The position numbers and the translations under genes were made by a program. Shown here piece by piece: positions 38,650-51,899 of a stretch of 64,000 bases of DNA. The notes below the pieces were generated by a model. That model had not been told where the DNA came from and made no database searches. It saw only the letters and a list, made by a program, of their open reading frames with translations. The stretch lies in assembly GCA_038087875.1 (NCBI GenBank), contig CM075994.1:3908001-3972000 (forward strand), given 5' to 3'. The DNA comes from Malacoraja senta (Eukaryota). Within the stretch, counting starts at the first letter, position 1; each line of letters begins with the position of its first letter.

Positions 38650-39240
38650 AGAGAAATCACGCAGAGATCAAGAGAACGGTAGGTGTTACAGATTACTTTT
38701 TTTTCCAATTTAAATGAATAATTTTCTGATAACCAACCCCCTGATAAATCATTGCATTCGACACAATTCTCAATCTTACATTCACCGGATTTCTGTGCTT
38801 GAGATAATTTTGTAGGATGTTTTCATGTCATTTTCTATATTGTCTCAGCGAAACAGGTTAGAAATATATCCGGGAAGCGAACATCTTAAATTATGATTTA
38901 ACCAATCAGCTTTCCTAATGGTCTATACGTCGTATTTTGCCCACCAGCTTCGCGTCTTCTTCAGCTGACCCTTTTAAATGTTTCGGATTAATTTTAATGG
39001 AGTCGTTGATCACCATTATTGCAAGTTTTTTGATTATGTCAATGCCCAGCTTTTCTTCTTTTCTATAACACAGAAGAAGGCCATTCAGCCCAACGGCAAT
39101 AAGTCGGTAGAAACTCATGTGCTCACAGTGGGAATGCTTAAATTTTAAGCTGATACTCCCCGACGTCATATCGAAGCTCGATGTTTACAGCTGTGAGCTA
39201 GTTGTACGAACGGCTGCACACACCGACTGAGCGTTGTCAT
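38650..39240 (+). pseudogene. ADAMTS20: ADAMTS20/9-like C-terminal GON-domain remnant
   Basis: EIKRTVG..FK* ~ E(I/V)KR.KG..I(K/R)G; DNF ~ ENF; cag|RLE ~ RLK; RINF ~ RIDL; PF..TA..*..CSQWE ~ PFATA..Y..CPQGQ. Lies just upstream of PRICKLE1 in syntenic orientation. Confidence 0.6.
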
Positions 39241-39319
39241 TTATTTAATAATTGTATTTTTTAATCGTAATATTAATAGTAAATTATATTGTACAATCCA
39301 TATTTTTTTCTATTGCCAC

Positions 39320-42300
39320 ATTTTCTTCTGATTAGGATAGTTGGCTTAAAATTGCGAAATGGCTATTAATCCGATGGTCTTCATAGTCAACCATGGGCGT
39401 ATAGTAGCATCTCGGAGCACCTTTCCGCCTTCTAGAATGGTCATGACACTGTCACCGGCATGATCTTAAAGGCATCTGCGATACCTATTCCAGATATGGA
39501 GGCATGACACGCACCCTGAAATCATTGGTTCGAGGCCTTTTAAATCAATAAACTCCGGATTGATGTGTACCCATAATTATGCAACTAATGTAGTTTATTT
39601 GACGCTGCATATCATTGTCCTAATTGCGTGATCTACTGTTTAGTCATACAATGATGATTTAAGCTGCACGTGTAATCTTAGTAAGATTTTTGAAATACCT
39701 TAGGTCCTTTCACGAGGCAATTTTTGGATTGCCATTTGGGAAAGGCGGAAAGTAATTGTTTCAGAGACATATGGTTAATTGAAAAATTATACATGTGAAA
39801 TAAAATGAAAACGTATTTCTCAATGTGCTGAGACCAGTTTTCTTTAAACGACGGAGTAAATGAATGAATGAATGAATGCCATTATTTGTCGTTGTAAGCA
39901 CTGCATACAACGAAATTATCATTGCCACTCCATTGGTGGATAATATACAAACATAAAAACACAGGGCACAAATTTAAAACATTGTTATAAAACAAGGTAT
40001 CAAGATAAATAAATAATCAGTATTGCACATGGTGATAGTAAAGTGCGCGGTGGGTAGCAGCATGGAAAAGTGCAGCAAAAATAATGCTCAGTATTTTTGA
40101 TGATGTTAGTGGCTCTGCTGAGGTAGCGTGATGTGGCAATGTCCTCCGGAGAGGGCAGTGGGCAGCCGGTGATTATCTCTGCAGTTTTTACAACTCTCTG
40201 GAGCGATTTCCTGTCTGCAGCAGAGTAGCCTGCACACCACACTGACATGCAATATGTCAGCAGACTCTCAATGGTCGCCCGGTAGAAGGCCAACAGCAGC
40301 ATCTTCTTGGTGTTGTGCCTCCTGAGCACTCTCAGGAAGTGTAGTCTCTTTTGTGCTCTCTTGAAGGTTGCAGTAATAATAATAATAATTCATTTTATTT
40401 ACTGGCGCCTTTCTAAAACCCAAGGACACCCTACAAGGCATAGAATCACAAAAATACAAAACACATAATCGGAATAAATTAAGTATAAAAACACCACAGT
40501 ACACAAATCAAGGACAGAATTCAATTTCAAAAGCACAAAAAGAAAATAAGAAACACAATTTGAGGAGAGAGCACCGGCGACCAATTCGCGCCAGCGTCCA
40601 CTCTCCCCTCCGACCGCCATCTTGCACACAGACTAACAGGCACAGCACACAAAATCATCCAGTAGTGGTGGCCAACCAGGAGAGGTCCTCGGATTTGAGG
40701 ACTCCTGGGAATTTCAAAGTCCGCACCCTTTCCACACATGCCCCATGTATGCAGAGCGGGGCCGGGTCTGCGTCCCGTTTCCTCCTGAACTTCAGTATTA
40801 GCTCCTTTGTCTTTGTGGTGTTCCGTGTCAGGTTAATGTATTCGGAACGTTGTAATAATATCTTACGAAACAAAAGATAAAGACCTTAACTCCAAAATAG
40901 CAACTAACGTGTTGTTTTATTTAACTTATTTCACGGAAAGAAACAGTAAATGTGAAAAGAGGTAACTAAATCATTATTATCAACCAAATCTCCTAAATCC
41001 AATGTAATATTAATTTGCTACTCGGGAGTCTATGATTATTATTATGCATCGGTGCTTGTACGAACTGGACGATTCCGTTATTCAAACATATTTTATTGCA
41101 CGTTTGCTTTAGGTGTTCGTATTTACTGTAAGACACCGTTTTTATGTCTGCGTGGTGTAAATAGATTTCCACCATATGAATATTTGGAAAACAGTTCACA
41201 TCTGTGACTAGCCACACGATAATGTTTCCCGGGGTCAGGTCCACAGCCAGCCAGCAAAGTAGAGGGGGCAACGCGCGTGTCGGAGGGGTCTATATGTGAC
41301 GCAGGCATTGAAACTCAAAACCACATTCTCAACTCACTCGGGTATTTTTTGAATTGGTGTTTGTCAAATGTATTTCTGCTAATCAAAGACATAAAAACTG
41401 AAATAAAATTAAACAATTAATAATTTACACACATATAGGGAGAATACGTTACTTTGTGCATTTCTATCTCATGAAAAAAATGTAATTATATGTTACACAA
41501 ATGAACAAATCAAAAAATGCAATGAACCACCAAAAAATCGCAATTCGTAGATCCCTGCTTTGGACAAAACTGTAGGTCAGATTCCGATCACAACCGCCTT
41601 CTCCATTACAACCGAGTGTGGTTGGATCCATTCCGTATTTACAGTAAGTTATGCTGTCGTACTACTAAACCAAAGCGTATATACTACAGAATTGTGGTCT
41701 TCCTTTCCAGAAATGGAGCAACTAAAAAAAAGACTCAAATATTCGGGTGAGAAAGGATTCTTGTTTGCATTTCACTACTGTATATTTATTGTAAATTTCA
41801 AAATGCATTTTTGGTTTCTCGTATTATCCCTTACTGATACGTTGGTTATCAATTGACCGTTGCTATTAAAATTACACTTCACTACATATAATTCATGTGA
41901 TACATATGTACTTTTACACTCAATTCCTCTTCGAAGAAACGCAACCAGCCGTTTAAATTCGTACTCATTTGCCGTGGCTGCATATCGGCTCACATTGATT
42001 TATGTAGAAGGAGGTACGGGTACTGCTGAAATTCAGTGTTTTCTCCCGATCGGTATCAAACCATCTCCCCACTTTCTATCTTTACAACCATTGGGTGACT
42101 TCATACCGTTTTACATTCAACTTAACGTCCTCTGAAAATCTAAAAACACCAAATTCTCCCGATAAGATCAGTCAATTCTGACAGATGTCTCATTCATGAT
42201 TTTCATATTATATACCCATTGAGATCAACTCTAATTATTATTTTCCAAGTGCCATGTTACAAATTCCTTAACAATGGATTGTTTCTTCAAGAAAGGTTTC

Positions 42301-45300
42301 AGGCTAAATGTTCTGAATTTCTTAAATTTCTTTGCGATGTCGTTGTGTTTGATTCCCTCGAAAATCTGGTAACCACTCACAATCTATAGGGTTTCATGGA
42401 TGATCTCAATAACGAAACAGCCAACAGGTAACAGGGACTTTGAAAAATACGGTTAAAGAAAGCGGTAAATATCGATGAGGACATGTTCTACTGATATAAT
42501 GCAACTTATATGAATGACGAGCCTATAGTTAATAGTCGATCACCCGGACACGTTTCACGGCAGGAAAATCAAAAAGACCACAGTAAAACAATTTTCCTTC
42601 ATCTAATTTGTAAGTTGCTGATCCTTTTTCCTGATCCAAAACACAGAGTTCTACATTTATCAGCAGCATAAACAACTTTCCAGCATTGGAAATACTTCTG
42701 CTATTATGTCATGTAACTGAGATGAATACAATTAAATATTCACGTCACGCGCAGCGGAGAGAAAACATGAAACTCTTCCAACCAAGTCATGGAATAAACC
42801 TGTAGGGTCATAAACAGGAACGATGACCTATTTTTTTCTCATATACAGTGCAAACATAGTATCTAAAATTCGTGACCGAATGATGCATGTTAGTTTTGGC
42901 ACGTTCGTATAAACTATTGCCATGGCGAATCATCTTGTAAAAATAAATGCGGCCTTGGACTTGACCACAGGTGCAGATATAATGGCACATAAAACCTTGG
43001 ATAGGGCCCCACTGTTCGGATTTACATTTACAGATATGAAATACCGCCTGATCAGTCCTACTTACCTGGCAAGGGTCCGGGAATGCAGGGCATCCGATTA
43101 AGTGAAACAAACCTTGTTCACCTGGGCCCAAATCATGCAACGCGGTGTATCACTAGAACTGCTGGAGACTGATCGTAGCTGTCAGTTAATTTTGTGTGGA
43201 CAGGAGTCAACTTTAGAGGAACGCCTATGAAAGGAAATTATGTAATATCGCAAAACATCTATTGAGAACAGTGTTAAAAGGAATAATATGATATATTCAT
43301 GAACAAAACGGAACATTAGTTTTCAACCGATAGGCGAAGTCATCTAAATCGTGGTTTTTCATTCGAAGAAGAGGAAGAAGCGATACCTTGAATTAATAGC
43401 ATTTGCTGATTTAAAAAAGAAAAGACTTACCTGTAAATTGAAGAGCATAATGGTTATTGAACAATCATAAAATCACGCCATTAACTTTCATAGTTGTGAT
43501 CATATATTCCTTTCATGATGGATGAAGTGTTTTTACGCAGCAGACGTTACATTCGAAAAGCCATCTTCATGGATGATGCATGCTTTTCTTATCTGCTGAT
43601 CTTTCGTTAAACAAATCATGCATTATTTAAAAAATCTGATGCATTCTGCAGGCAAACATTGCTTATTCATTTCTAATATCAATATATGTCTTTGCAAGTT
43701 AGGTAATCTGATAATTGTAATTTGGTTGCTCAAGTCGCTGATGGTGGATGATTATTTCTATGAATATTCCTTCCCTCATTTAGAAGACAATTGCAACGAG
43801 AAAGAAAGAGGTATGTGCATTGAGGTGGAAAAAAACACTTCTGTGGGTTACTTAAACCCGATTCATAAAGCAAGGAAAGCAACTTACATTCTTTTACATT
43901 CTATAATACTTTGAATTTTATTACTCAGAACTAACATCTTTGAAGCAAGCTTTGCAAGTGACACGTAAGTAACAAGCTTGCATTAAGATGGAGAAATTTA
44001 AATTAGATTAAGTCATACGTCTGTTTTAAACCGGAATGTTTCCCGTTTTGTAAAAAATAATGTCAATACCGAAATTGCTTTATCTTATTTTTGCTATTCC
44101 TTGAATATTCCTAAGTGACATTCAAATATTGCAAAGCTGGAAATGTATAGAATGAACAATTTATCAAGTCTATTAATTTATTCAAGCGTATCGCATTCTC
44201 ATCTTCTAACGATAGCTATACCTGTACTCCCATTCACAATGACGAATGACTTTCATACTGACCATGTGACATGTATTTTTGCACAATAGAAGAAAGCTTA
44301 AAACAACGAGATAAAGGTAAAAACGAACATTTAAATCTGATCCATCTTAAAGTTAAAACTATCTATGTATTTCTAAATTGAAACTGAATAAATCTCGTAA
44401 TTTCAGATAATCTCGCGCGTTGGATTATCATCAGAATTAGATCTCTGCCTTCCCTTATGTTTTTCGTGCATATACTTCGCAGAGAGTCACTGAGATTCGC
44501 CTTATTTCAGACTGCATATATCCACCTATCCATTTATTTAAAATATCTTATTGATTATATTTATATGATGGTATATGGACACACTGATCTGTCCTGTATT
44601 CATGCCTACTATATTCTGTTGTACTGAAGCAAAGCAAGTATTTCATTGTCCTATCTGGGACACATGACATAAACTCTCTTGAATCTTGAATCTTAAATCT
44701 TGATTGGTGTTTCTATGTTTTGCATTGTCTCATCTCTCAGTGTAATTCAGATAACCAACGGCGATTGTCAATGAACAATCCATTACGGTTACCGGAACTT
44801 CCAGAAGCAGTTTCTAGAATAATTGCTGCAGAACAATATATTCGCTTCAGATTCCGCAGTTTCCTAGGCCTAGTGTGATATTTCCGATAACTATGATCAT
44901 AAAACATCAAATACATATATTTAACCGTAATACACTTGCAAGCATTTTCGATCAACGTATCAAACTTGATATGGAAAATCACTTTTAATATTCCCGTCGA
45001 GAGGCTGCAACCTTGTCATAGAACTGCTTCGCATTCCAAAATAAAATTTCAAGCCTTTAACATCAACTGATTTCGATTATATTTAAGTGTTCGTTCCCAT
45101 GCTAAAATGTTGTCCGTATCAAGTGATAGCGCCCCTGGACTACCGAAATGAACACAAATATTTTCACTCTGAAATAACAGTGAGCCATTGTTGGCCAGAA
45201 GGGCTCTCCACTTATAGACCGACATCACTTAAGTTTTTTTTCAGATAATTTCAATTTCTAGACTAAAAATCTATGTTATTTTAATAGTGATAGCAACATT

Positions 45301-46615
45301 ATAATAATGGGCAAAATATAAGTATGTCGCTTGATCTATCTTTTCACATTCCACCATTTTTGAATGTCGTTTTAAAGACAGAAAAGTGAAGGTCCTACTT
45401 CCGAGTGAATAAATGAATAAGCTGTATTCCTTATTGCATGTTGTGATGCATCGCCTTTGAAGCAAATAACACGAAAGCTTTAAGGAGACCGGATAGGAGT
45501 AAAAGCACGAATATATATGGAAGTGAGTAACATGGGTAAATTTAACTCTATTTACAGATGCGCTGAGAACTCGGAGAAATCTTGCTGCACCCGGTAAGAG
45601 CTGCGGCATGGCAATAGGAACATGCACAAACAGTGCATGGACATATTACTTAGTTCTGTTAACTTGCATCGATACGTATTCCAATGGTTTCTGCCTGACA
45701 GGCTTTCGCCACGTATTTACATCTATGTTAATTTATTTTCTTTTGCGGATTATTGTCTTGAATTCCAAGGAAATATGGAGGTGGGTGCAGGGAATTTAAA
45801 CAAATGTTCCAGTTCGAGTTCGATGCCCAGCATCATGAATCTGAGATAATCGGAAAAATTTACAGCGTACAGCAAAACGAAATGCTGGTTGTAGGCTTGC
45901 TGATTGTACATGGAGACAAATGGGTGCGGAGGATGAGCACAGGGAACCAGTTATTGGGTAGAGCAGGGCTCGGTATGCAAAAGGCGGAGCAGATGCGGAG
46001 GGGATTATTTGAAATTTGCCAATTTAATGTTCATGCCATTACGTTCTAAGACAAGCATGCGGATGTCGATGCGCTTTTCTTCTTTGCGTGTGGTTTCAAA
46101 ATGGCAGTCGAGGAGAATGAGAGAGAGATCGGTGTGAGGACGGGAAATTGGATTTAAACGGCTAGCAACTGGGCGCTCTAGCAGACCTTCGCGGACAGAG
46201 CGCAACTGTTTGTGAAACAGTCGCGCATTTGTGTCTACAAAATGTACAGGAAGCCACATCGGGTGCACCGAATGCTCATGATTCCAGTATCTGCATAAAT
46301 TTTGTCGCAATTTTAGAGCTCATTCGATATGCTGAGATTAAACAGTTATCTGATATCTTTGCAATGTCTCGGCTTAAGACACATATACTAAAGACACTTT
46401 GGTATAAGTGAAATTTGAAAAAATATATATTATTTTAGCTAGACAAACTATCCGGATTGATTTACATTTCAGCGTCAGATTAAGTTGCAGTAAAGGAATG
46501 AGCTGTTTTGCAGAAAGTTAGGATTCAAAGAAAACGACTACGGTGTCAGCAAGAAATTAGCTCAGCCAGAGCACGACTGGGAGGTACACGTGAAATAACT
46601 GGATTGTGACGGTGA
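39320..46615 (+). pseudogene. PRICKLE1: Decayed PRICKLE1-like pseudogene, start to CAAX end
   Basis: LA*NCE..HGR..PP ~ LAFGCQ..SGC..PP; ttccag|I..PE..INS..IMQLM* ~ I..PE..VNS..IKQLLY; *VLS..GKGGK*LFQR ~ QVFS..GRGTIKLLSR; 41575-41750 WIHSVF..LLNQSVY..EQLKKR ~ WHPSCF..LLVDLIY..ELLKPR; HF..CDT, CRGC; MTYFFL ~ MTQLLL; SPGPKS ~ HPGPAS; ADYCLEFQG..CSSSSS (45805-45822) ~ SDYGLQNPG..CSSSSS; NWIVT ~ NCIIS. Confidence 0.9.
39860..40835 (-). mobile_element. Rex1/Babar 3' fragment with nested repeat at ~40373-40660
   Basis: KTKELI..FR, LAFYRATIESLLTYC, LQRVVKTAE; (attc)n tail; same subfamily as 56655-58110. Confidence 0.85.
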
Positions 46616-46704
46616 ACCTGGATTCCAACTCGTATTTAATGTTGTCATGGACGTTCGTCGCACCACGATGTCTTTATATCAGCCCTGCTGGGATATGGAG
46701 TCTA

Positions 46705-47460
46705 TCTTCAAGATTCAAGATTCAAGATTCAAGATTCAAGATTCAAGATTTAATTTAATTGTCACATGTACCAATTTATGTACAGTGAAATGTGAGTAGC
46801 CATACAGGCATACTGAGTAAAAAAGCAAAAATACACACAGCACCTTAAATAAAGTTTAACATAAACATCCACCACAGTGAAATCAACCTTCTTCGCTGTG
46901 ATGGAATGGAATAATGTTCACTTATTTTTCTTCACCTGTGGTCGGGGCTTTGAACGAGGCCGTTGCCGACGGTCCGCTATTCAAGCCATCTCGTCGGGAT
47001 CACCGAAACTCGGGCGTCGGAACGGATCGGAACACTCCGCGGCATGGAGCACCCGAGTCGGCAACTTCTTACCGGAGACCGCTGCTTCACGATTTCAAAG
47101 TCCCCAGGCCCCGTGGTCGGAGTTCCAACACTGAAGATCCTCGGCAAAAGATCCCAGACACTACGACGGTAATTCCGCGCCGCACCCGCTGTTCGAAGTT
47201 CCGGGTCGATCTCCAGGAAAGGCCGAACCACTCCACGTTGTAGTCCGCAGGAGGGAGGGGCGGAGCTGAGACACGAAGAAAATTCGCATCCCCGTCGAGG
47301 TAAATGACTGGAAAAAAATTCCCCCGATCCACCACCCAACCCCCCACATAAAATATACCAAGAGACATAAAAACAAACATTCGAGAAACACTTATAATAT
47401 TAAAAACAAAGAGAGGGAAACACAGACTGCTGGCGAGGCGGCTATTACGGACGCCACCCA
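46705..47460. repeat. Interspersed repeat with (caagatt)n end, same family as 16150-16850
   Basis: Tandem caagatt units at 46709-46750; shared terminal blocks with 16150-16850. Confidence 0.7.
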
Positions 47461-47625
47461 CTCGCTCATCTGTTTGGGGAGTGGGGGGATGGAGGAAAGT
47501 AGTCATCTCTACTTTCCATGGCTTCGTACAGAAACGCGGAGTTAAAATCAGACTAGGGGGCGAAAGGTCAGTGCAATAAACCTGTGCAGCAGGTCTCACT
47601 AATGTATAGTAGTTTGGACAGGTTA

Positions 47626-48156
47626 ATGCCAGCGGCAGATTACCTACAGCCAATTTGTAATATATTCGAACTGTAATCCACGAGTGAAAACGATTTGGGC
47701 AGCCAGTGGTGTTTTATTTTCGAGCCTATTTTAATGAATTGGCTATCACCGTATAATATAATAACGAGTACATACTATATTTGCACATTTCCCCTTTATT
47801 ATAATTGAAGCTTGTTTGACAAATTACTTAAATAAATCTAGTTACCTCGGGCACTTTAAAAGATGCTCGGTGAACCTGGCAGAATTGACTTCCCTTCCCA
47901 CACGCATAACCTATGGACGCGGCACAGGAGGTGACGAGAAGGCGCACGGTGCTTCACTGGTTTCCTTCGAAAAGGGAAAGGTAGTCAAATGTTCGGGTGG
48001 TAACAACACAGGCTCAGTAAATATTTACAGTCGAAACGCTTGCTGTGTGAAGTGGGGTAATAAGGATAGTCACTCCAACACCTAGCTGATTCTCAGTTCA
48101 GCATTATCCGCAATGACAATTTGAGTGATGGCGAAGAAAGAACTTTCTCTGCTTGA
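47626..48156 (+). pseudogene. ZCRB1: Decayed, highly compacted ZCRB1 pseudogene
   Basis: M.SGRLP..VIYSN..ENDL ~ MSGGLAP..VYVSN..NNDL; NYLNKS ~ NYFDKS; LSSAL ~ LSQAI; LSDGEE..FSA* ~ FSDEEELSD*. Start to stop in about 530 bp. Confidence 0.8.
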
Positions 48157-48759
48157 GCTACAAAACAAATGTCTTCCCTTATAAAACATGCTCATCTGCC
48201 ATATTCGACTTAATTAGCTGATAATCACTTTTTGCATGTGTTTTATTTTAGCGAATGATGTCCTCCGCATACAATTCAGTAACGTATCAATTGTTCTTAT
48301 TTTACTTTCTTTTAACGTGCGCTATATTTGATGATAAAAGGAGACGTTATATTTTGATATGTCAAAATATACACAGTCGTTGAAAAGAGTGCTCAATATT
48401 CACTTTAATCGAGTGCATACAACATTAGATTGGTCTCTGTACATTATGTTTGCTTGGTAAAATGCTACCTCTCTTGTCATCGCACGATGCGTATTTCCGT
48501 GCCGTAATTAATCACAGGTAAACACATGGAAGTTGTTCTTTATTGTTTTCTCTCAGCTCTACGTGTATATTAAAAATGAACGCGCATCCTTCTCTCCACG
48601 GCCTGAGTTTAAACATAAATCACAGAAAAAAAGAAATATTCTCTTGAGAATATTGTGATCATTTTGATTATCCGACCATTTTGTGCAATGTTTCACAACG
48701 TCTCGGATGAAAGCATTTGCCTTTTTTTCAACCTCAAACTATTTTTAGATTCTTATATT

Positions 48760-49335
48760 TCACTCTCCTGTGTTGGGAGCAATATTTCACTAGTGAAAGT
48801 TTTCAAATGTTTAAGAGAAATTTCTATTTCGAGCAGTCCGCGTTAGTAATGAAGGTGGTTTTCCCCAGAGAATCCCCAGAATAGAATACGGCGCCCCTAT
48901 CAGTCTGTCTTTTTAACTCAAGGAGTTGCATGGATTCCTTTATCCCGAGAAGAACTCGCAGTTTGTTTTAGATTTTCTAGAAACCGCAATGAACTGCGGG
49001 AGAACAAGCTGGATGTGGGCTAGAGATGGGTCAAACCTGGAAACTCATGGGTAGATACAGCTCAGAGGGGTAATACGCGCATGAGATGAGTAATTGATCA
49101 AATAAAAAGCCAAAAAGAGAGAATATGGTGGCATTAACGAAAGAAGAGGAGTAAAGTATAAAGCCGGAGTGAGGTATGTGGATGGAAGGGTATATGAACG
49201 ACGGGAAAGAGGGCAATAAAAGCTCGTTCCTTCACCTGTTTAGAACAAGGCATTAAACAGTAATTGGGTACTCCGCACCATCTTACCGTGGATATAGATA
49301 TTGGATATCCCACAACGTACACCATTAGGATTAAT
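48760..49335 (+). pseudogene. YAF2: Decayed YAF2 (RYBP family) pseudogene
   Basis: C...N..VFKCL..SSPR ~ CTFRN..AFKCM..TSTR; ttctag|KP.. Lys/Glu-rich exon ending gag|gtatgt (~49173); tttag|..HHLTVDI.IGYPT ~ QHLEVTVGDLT. Confidence 0.7.
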
Positions 49336-49577
49336 TAAATTTGTTTCTTGCAGTTAACAAAGTCGCTCAAGTTAAAGGTAGAATCCGCATTATTTTACTC
49401 CAAGGGTGTAGATATTGATTTCAATTTAAAGCACTTATTGGTGGAAAAATAAGATTTCTTACATGGATCGGTTTTTTTTTTAAATCCATGGCAAATCCTG
49501 GTTCGTCTATTTTTGTTGTGTTTACCTCATTCAAAAAGAACTAACCTCATGCCTGACTGAGGAGACAATAATTGATG

Positions 49578-49838
49578 GTACACAAAAATGCTGGAGAAAC
49601 TCAGCGGGTGCAGCAGCATCTATGGAGCGAAGGAAATAGGTAACGTTTCGGGCCGAAACCCTTCTTCAGACTGATAGGGGGTGGGGAGAAGAAAGGAAAA
49701 AAGGAAAAGGAGGAGGAGGAGCCCGAGGGCTGGGGGAGGGGCGGATACAACCAGATGGCTGATGAAGGGGAGGGGACAGCCAGGGCTAGCAGAATTGGGA
49801 GAATTCAACGTTCAGGCCACCAGGATGTAGACTGCCCA
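49578..49838. mobile_element. Short Penelope-like insertion with 15-bp TSD
   Basis: agacaataattgatg at 49563-49577 and 49839-49853; first ~95 bp nearly identical to 57449-57543. Confidence 0.8.
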
Positions 49839-50884
49839 AGACAATAATTGATGTTCACTTTCTTTCGAATTTGACTGCAGGTCAGTTGCTGATTCGGTAT
49901 CTAATTTCTCCTCCGCGATGCTATTATTAGTTCTAAAATTGGATATCAAGAAGGATTGATTGGCTGAAACGGTTATGTTGTTTTTCGTTGCTTTGCGGCC
50001 TCACTGCAAACTAGCTTAGTCGGCATCTTAGTCGGCGTGGACCAATTGGGTGGAAGGGCCTGTTTTCATGATGGGTGACTGTACGTCTCTTAGACAATGG
50101 TGAAAGGATGTGTCTATTCCAACGATTGATATTAACCCGATATGCGTATATTTATCAAATTATTATTTCCTACAGCGTTGCACCTGGATCCTTACAATTT
50201 TACTTCAACCATTGAACTTGTAAGCAAACGACACAAAGTGTAGGCTAGCTATCTAACCGCATTGCTCTTTCATATTCTGGGCAGGTGACCATGCTCCATC
50301 GATTTGATAAAGTCGTTCCTGGCTGAGCACAACATTCATCCGTGAGCTCACGCTGCCTTACCACAGCAAGCAATAGTAGCGTACACTTCGACAGATCTAT
50401 GCACAGGAACGGTTTACATGGCAATGGAAACATGCAGGCAAATGGGACCAGCCATGTATGCCAACTTGGTCGGCGTGGACGTCGTAGGATGAAGGGCTTG
50501 CTTTGGGTCTAGCTTTATCTCATCCACCTCACTCCCTCTTGTCCCCTCTCCCATCAGGCCACAGGTGTAGAAGTGTGAAAACGCACACCTCCAGATTCAG
50601 GGACCGTTTCTTCGCAGCTGTAATCAGGCAAATTAACCCTACTTTCAACAGGGCTCTGAGCTATTATTGACCTCAATTGAGACCCTCGGACAATATTTAA
50701 TCGGACTTTACAGGACTTCATCTTACACGTTATTCCTTTTATCGTGTAGCTGCACACTGCGGATGCCTCGATTGTAATAATGTATAGTCTTTGCGCTGAC
50801 TCTTTATCGCGCAACAACAGGTTTTCAATCTGTCTCGGAACAATAAATTAAATTAAACTAATCCATCACTTTGTGACTCTATGA

Positions 50885-51235
50885 CGTCGGACCTACTGCC
50901 CAACCCCCACACCGGCCAACATATCCCAACCTCACTAGTCCCACCTGCCCGCGGTTGGTCCATATCCCTCCAAACCTGTCCTATCCATCTACCTATCTAA
51001 CTGTTTCGTGAACATTGGGATAGTCCCAGCCTCAACTACCTCCTTTGGCAGCTTGTTCCATATATCCACCACACTTCGTGTGAAAAAGGTGAACCCTCAG
51101 ATTCCTAATACATCTTTTCCCCTTCTCCTTAAAACCCTGGCCCCTGGTCTTTGATTCACCAACTCTGGGCAAGAGACACTGTGCATCTACCCGATCTATT
51201 CCTCTAATGATTTTATCCACCTCTAAAAGATCTTT
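50885..51235 (-). mobile_element. CR1 3' end fragment
   Basis: IIRGIDRVDAQCLLPRVGESKTRG plus CR1 3' UTR. Confidence 0.82.
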
Positions 51236-51899
51236 GCATTCACCATACGTCATAATGCAATGTTCTGGATTGATGTCACTCGAGTTGGTAAATTTCACAG
51301 TTATTATTTCCTGGTCCAGTTTTGATTAACTTCAGACAGCAATCTGTTCTGACATTAATATAAATTGCCTTTGTTTACTTTAGATTTGGAGAAAGTTCGT
51401 GGAAATTTAGGTATGCACAAATTTATTTAAGTGTTTTGTACCGTTACAACTACTCGTCTTTTACTGCGATTTAAATGTGAGGTCGCAACGGGAGACTGAA
51501 AACTAATTAAAATCGAATAAATAATAGTAATTTACCATTTGGGGTGAAAATAAATTAGTTTAGTTTACAGGCGGGGGTCAAATCCGAAAGAATGTTAAAA
51601 ATGTGTGGAAAGTCCACTGAAATGCATTGTGTCCATTGACTAAGACCTTGACTGAGACCACACGAAAAATGTCGATTTCATTTGCAAATTTATATTCAAG
51701 AGTTACATTATTAGTCAGCAGAAATGTGTTACATTTTTCGGCAGAACCGTCGTGTAATCGAGGTCTCATCTCACTTTCATTTCTACTAATTTTCAAAAAT
51801 CTGCCAGAGAATTCGAGGCGGTGGTTTAAACGTTCCCCGCACGTTGTCCCTCAACAACTTGTCCAATATCTGTAAAACTCGGCAGATAGTCAGGAAACA

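Noticed and set aside
39170..39240. DVYSCEL as PRICKLE1 DDSGCAL
   Set aside because: A better PRICKLE1 start lies at ~39340-39430; this stretch continues the GON-domain alignment.
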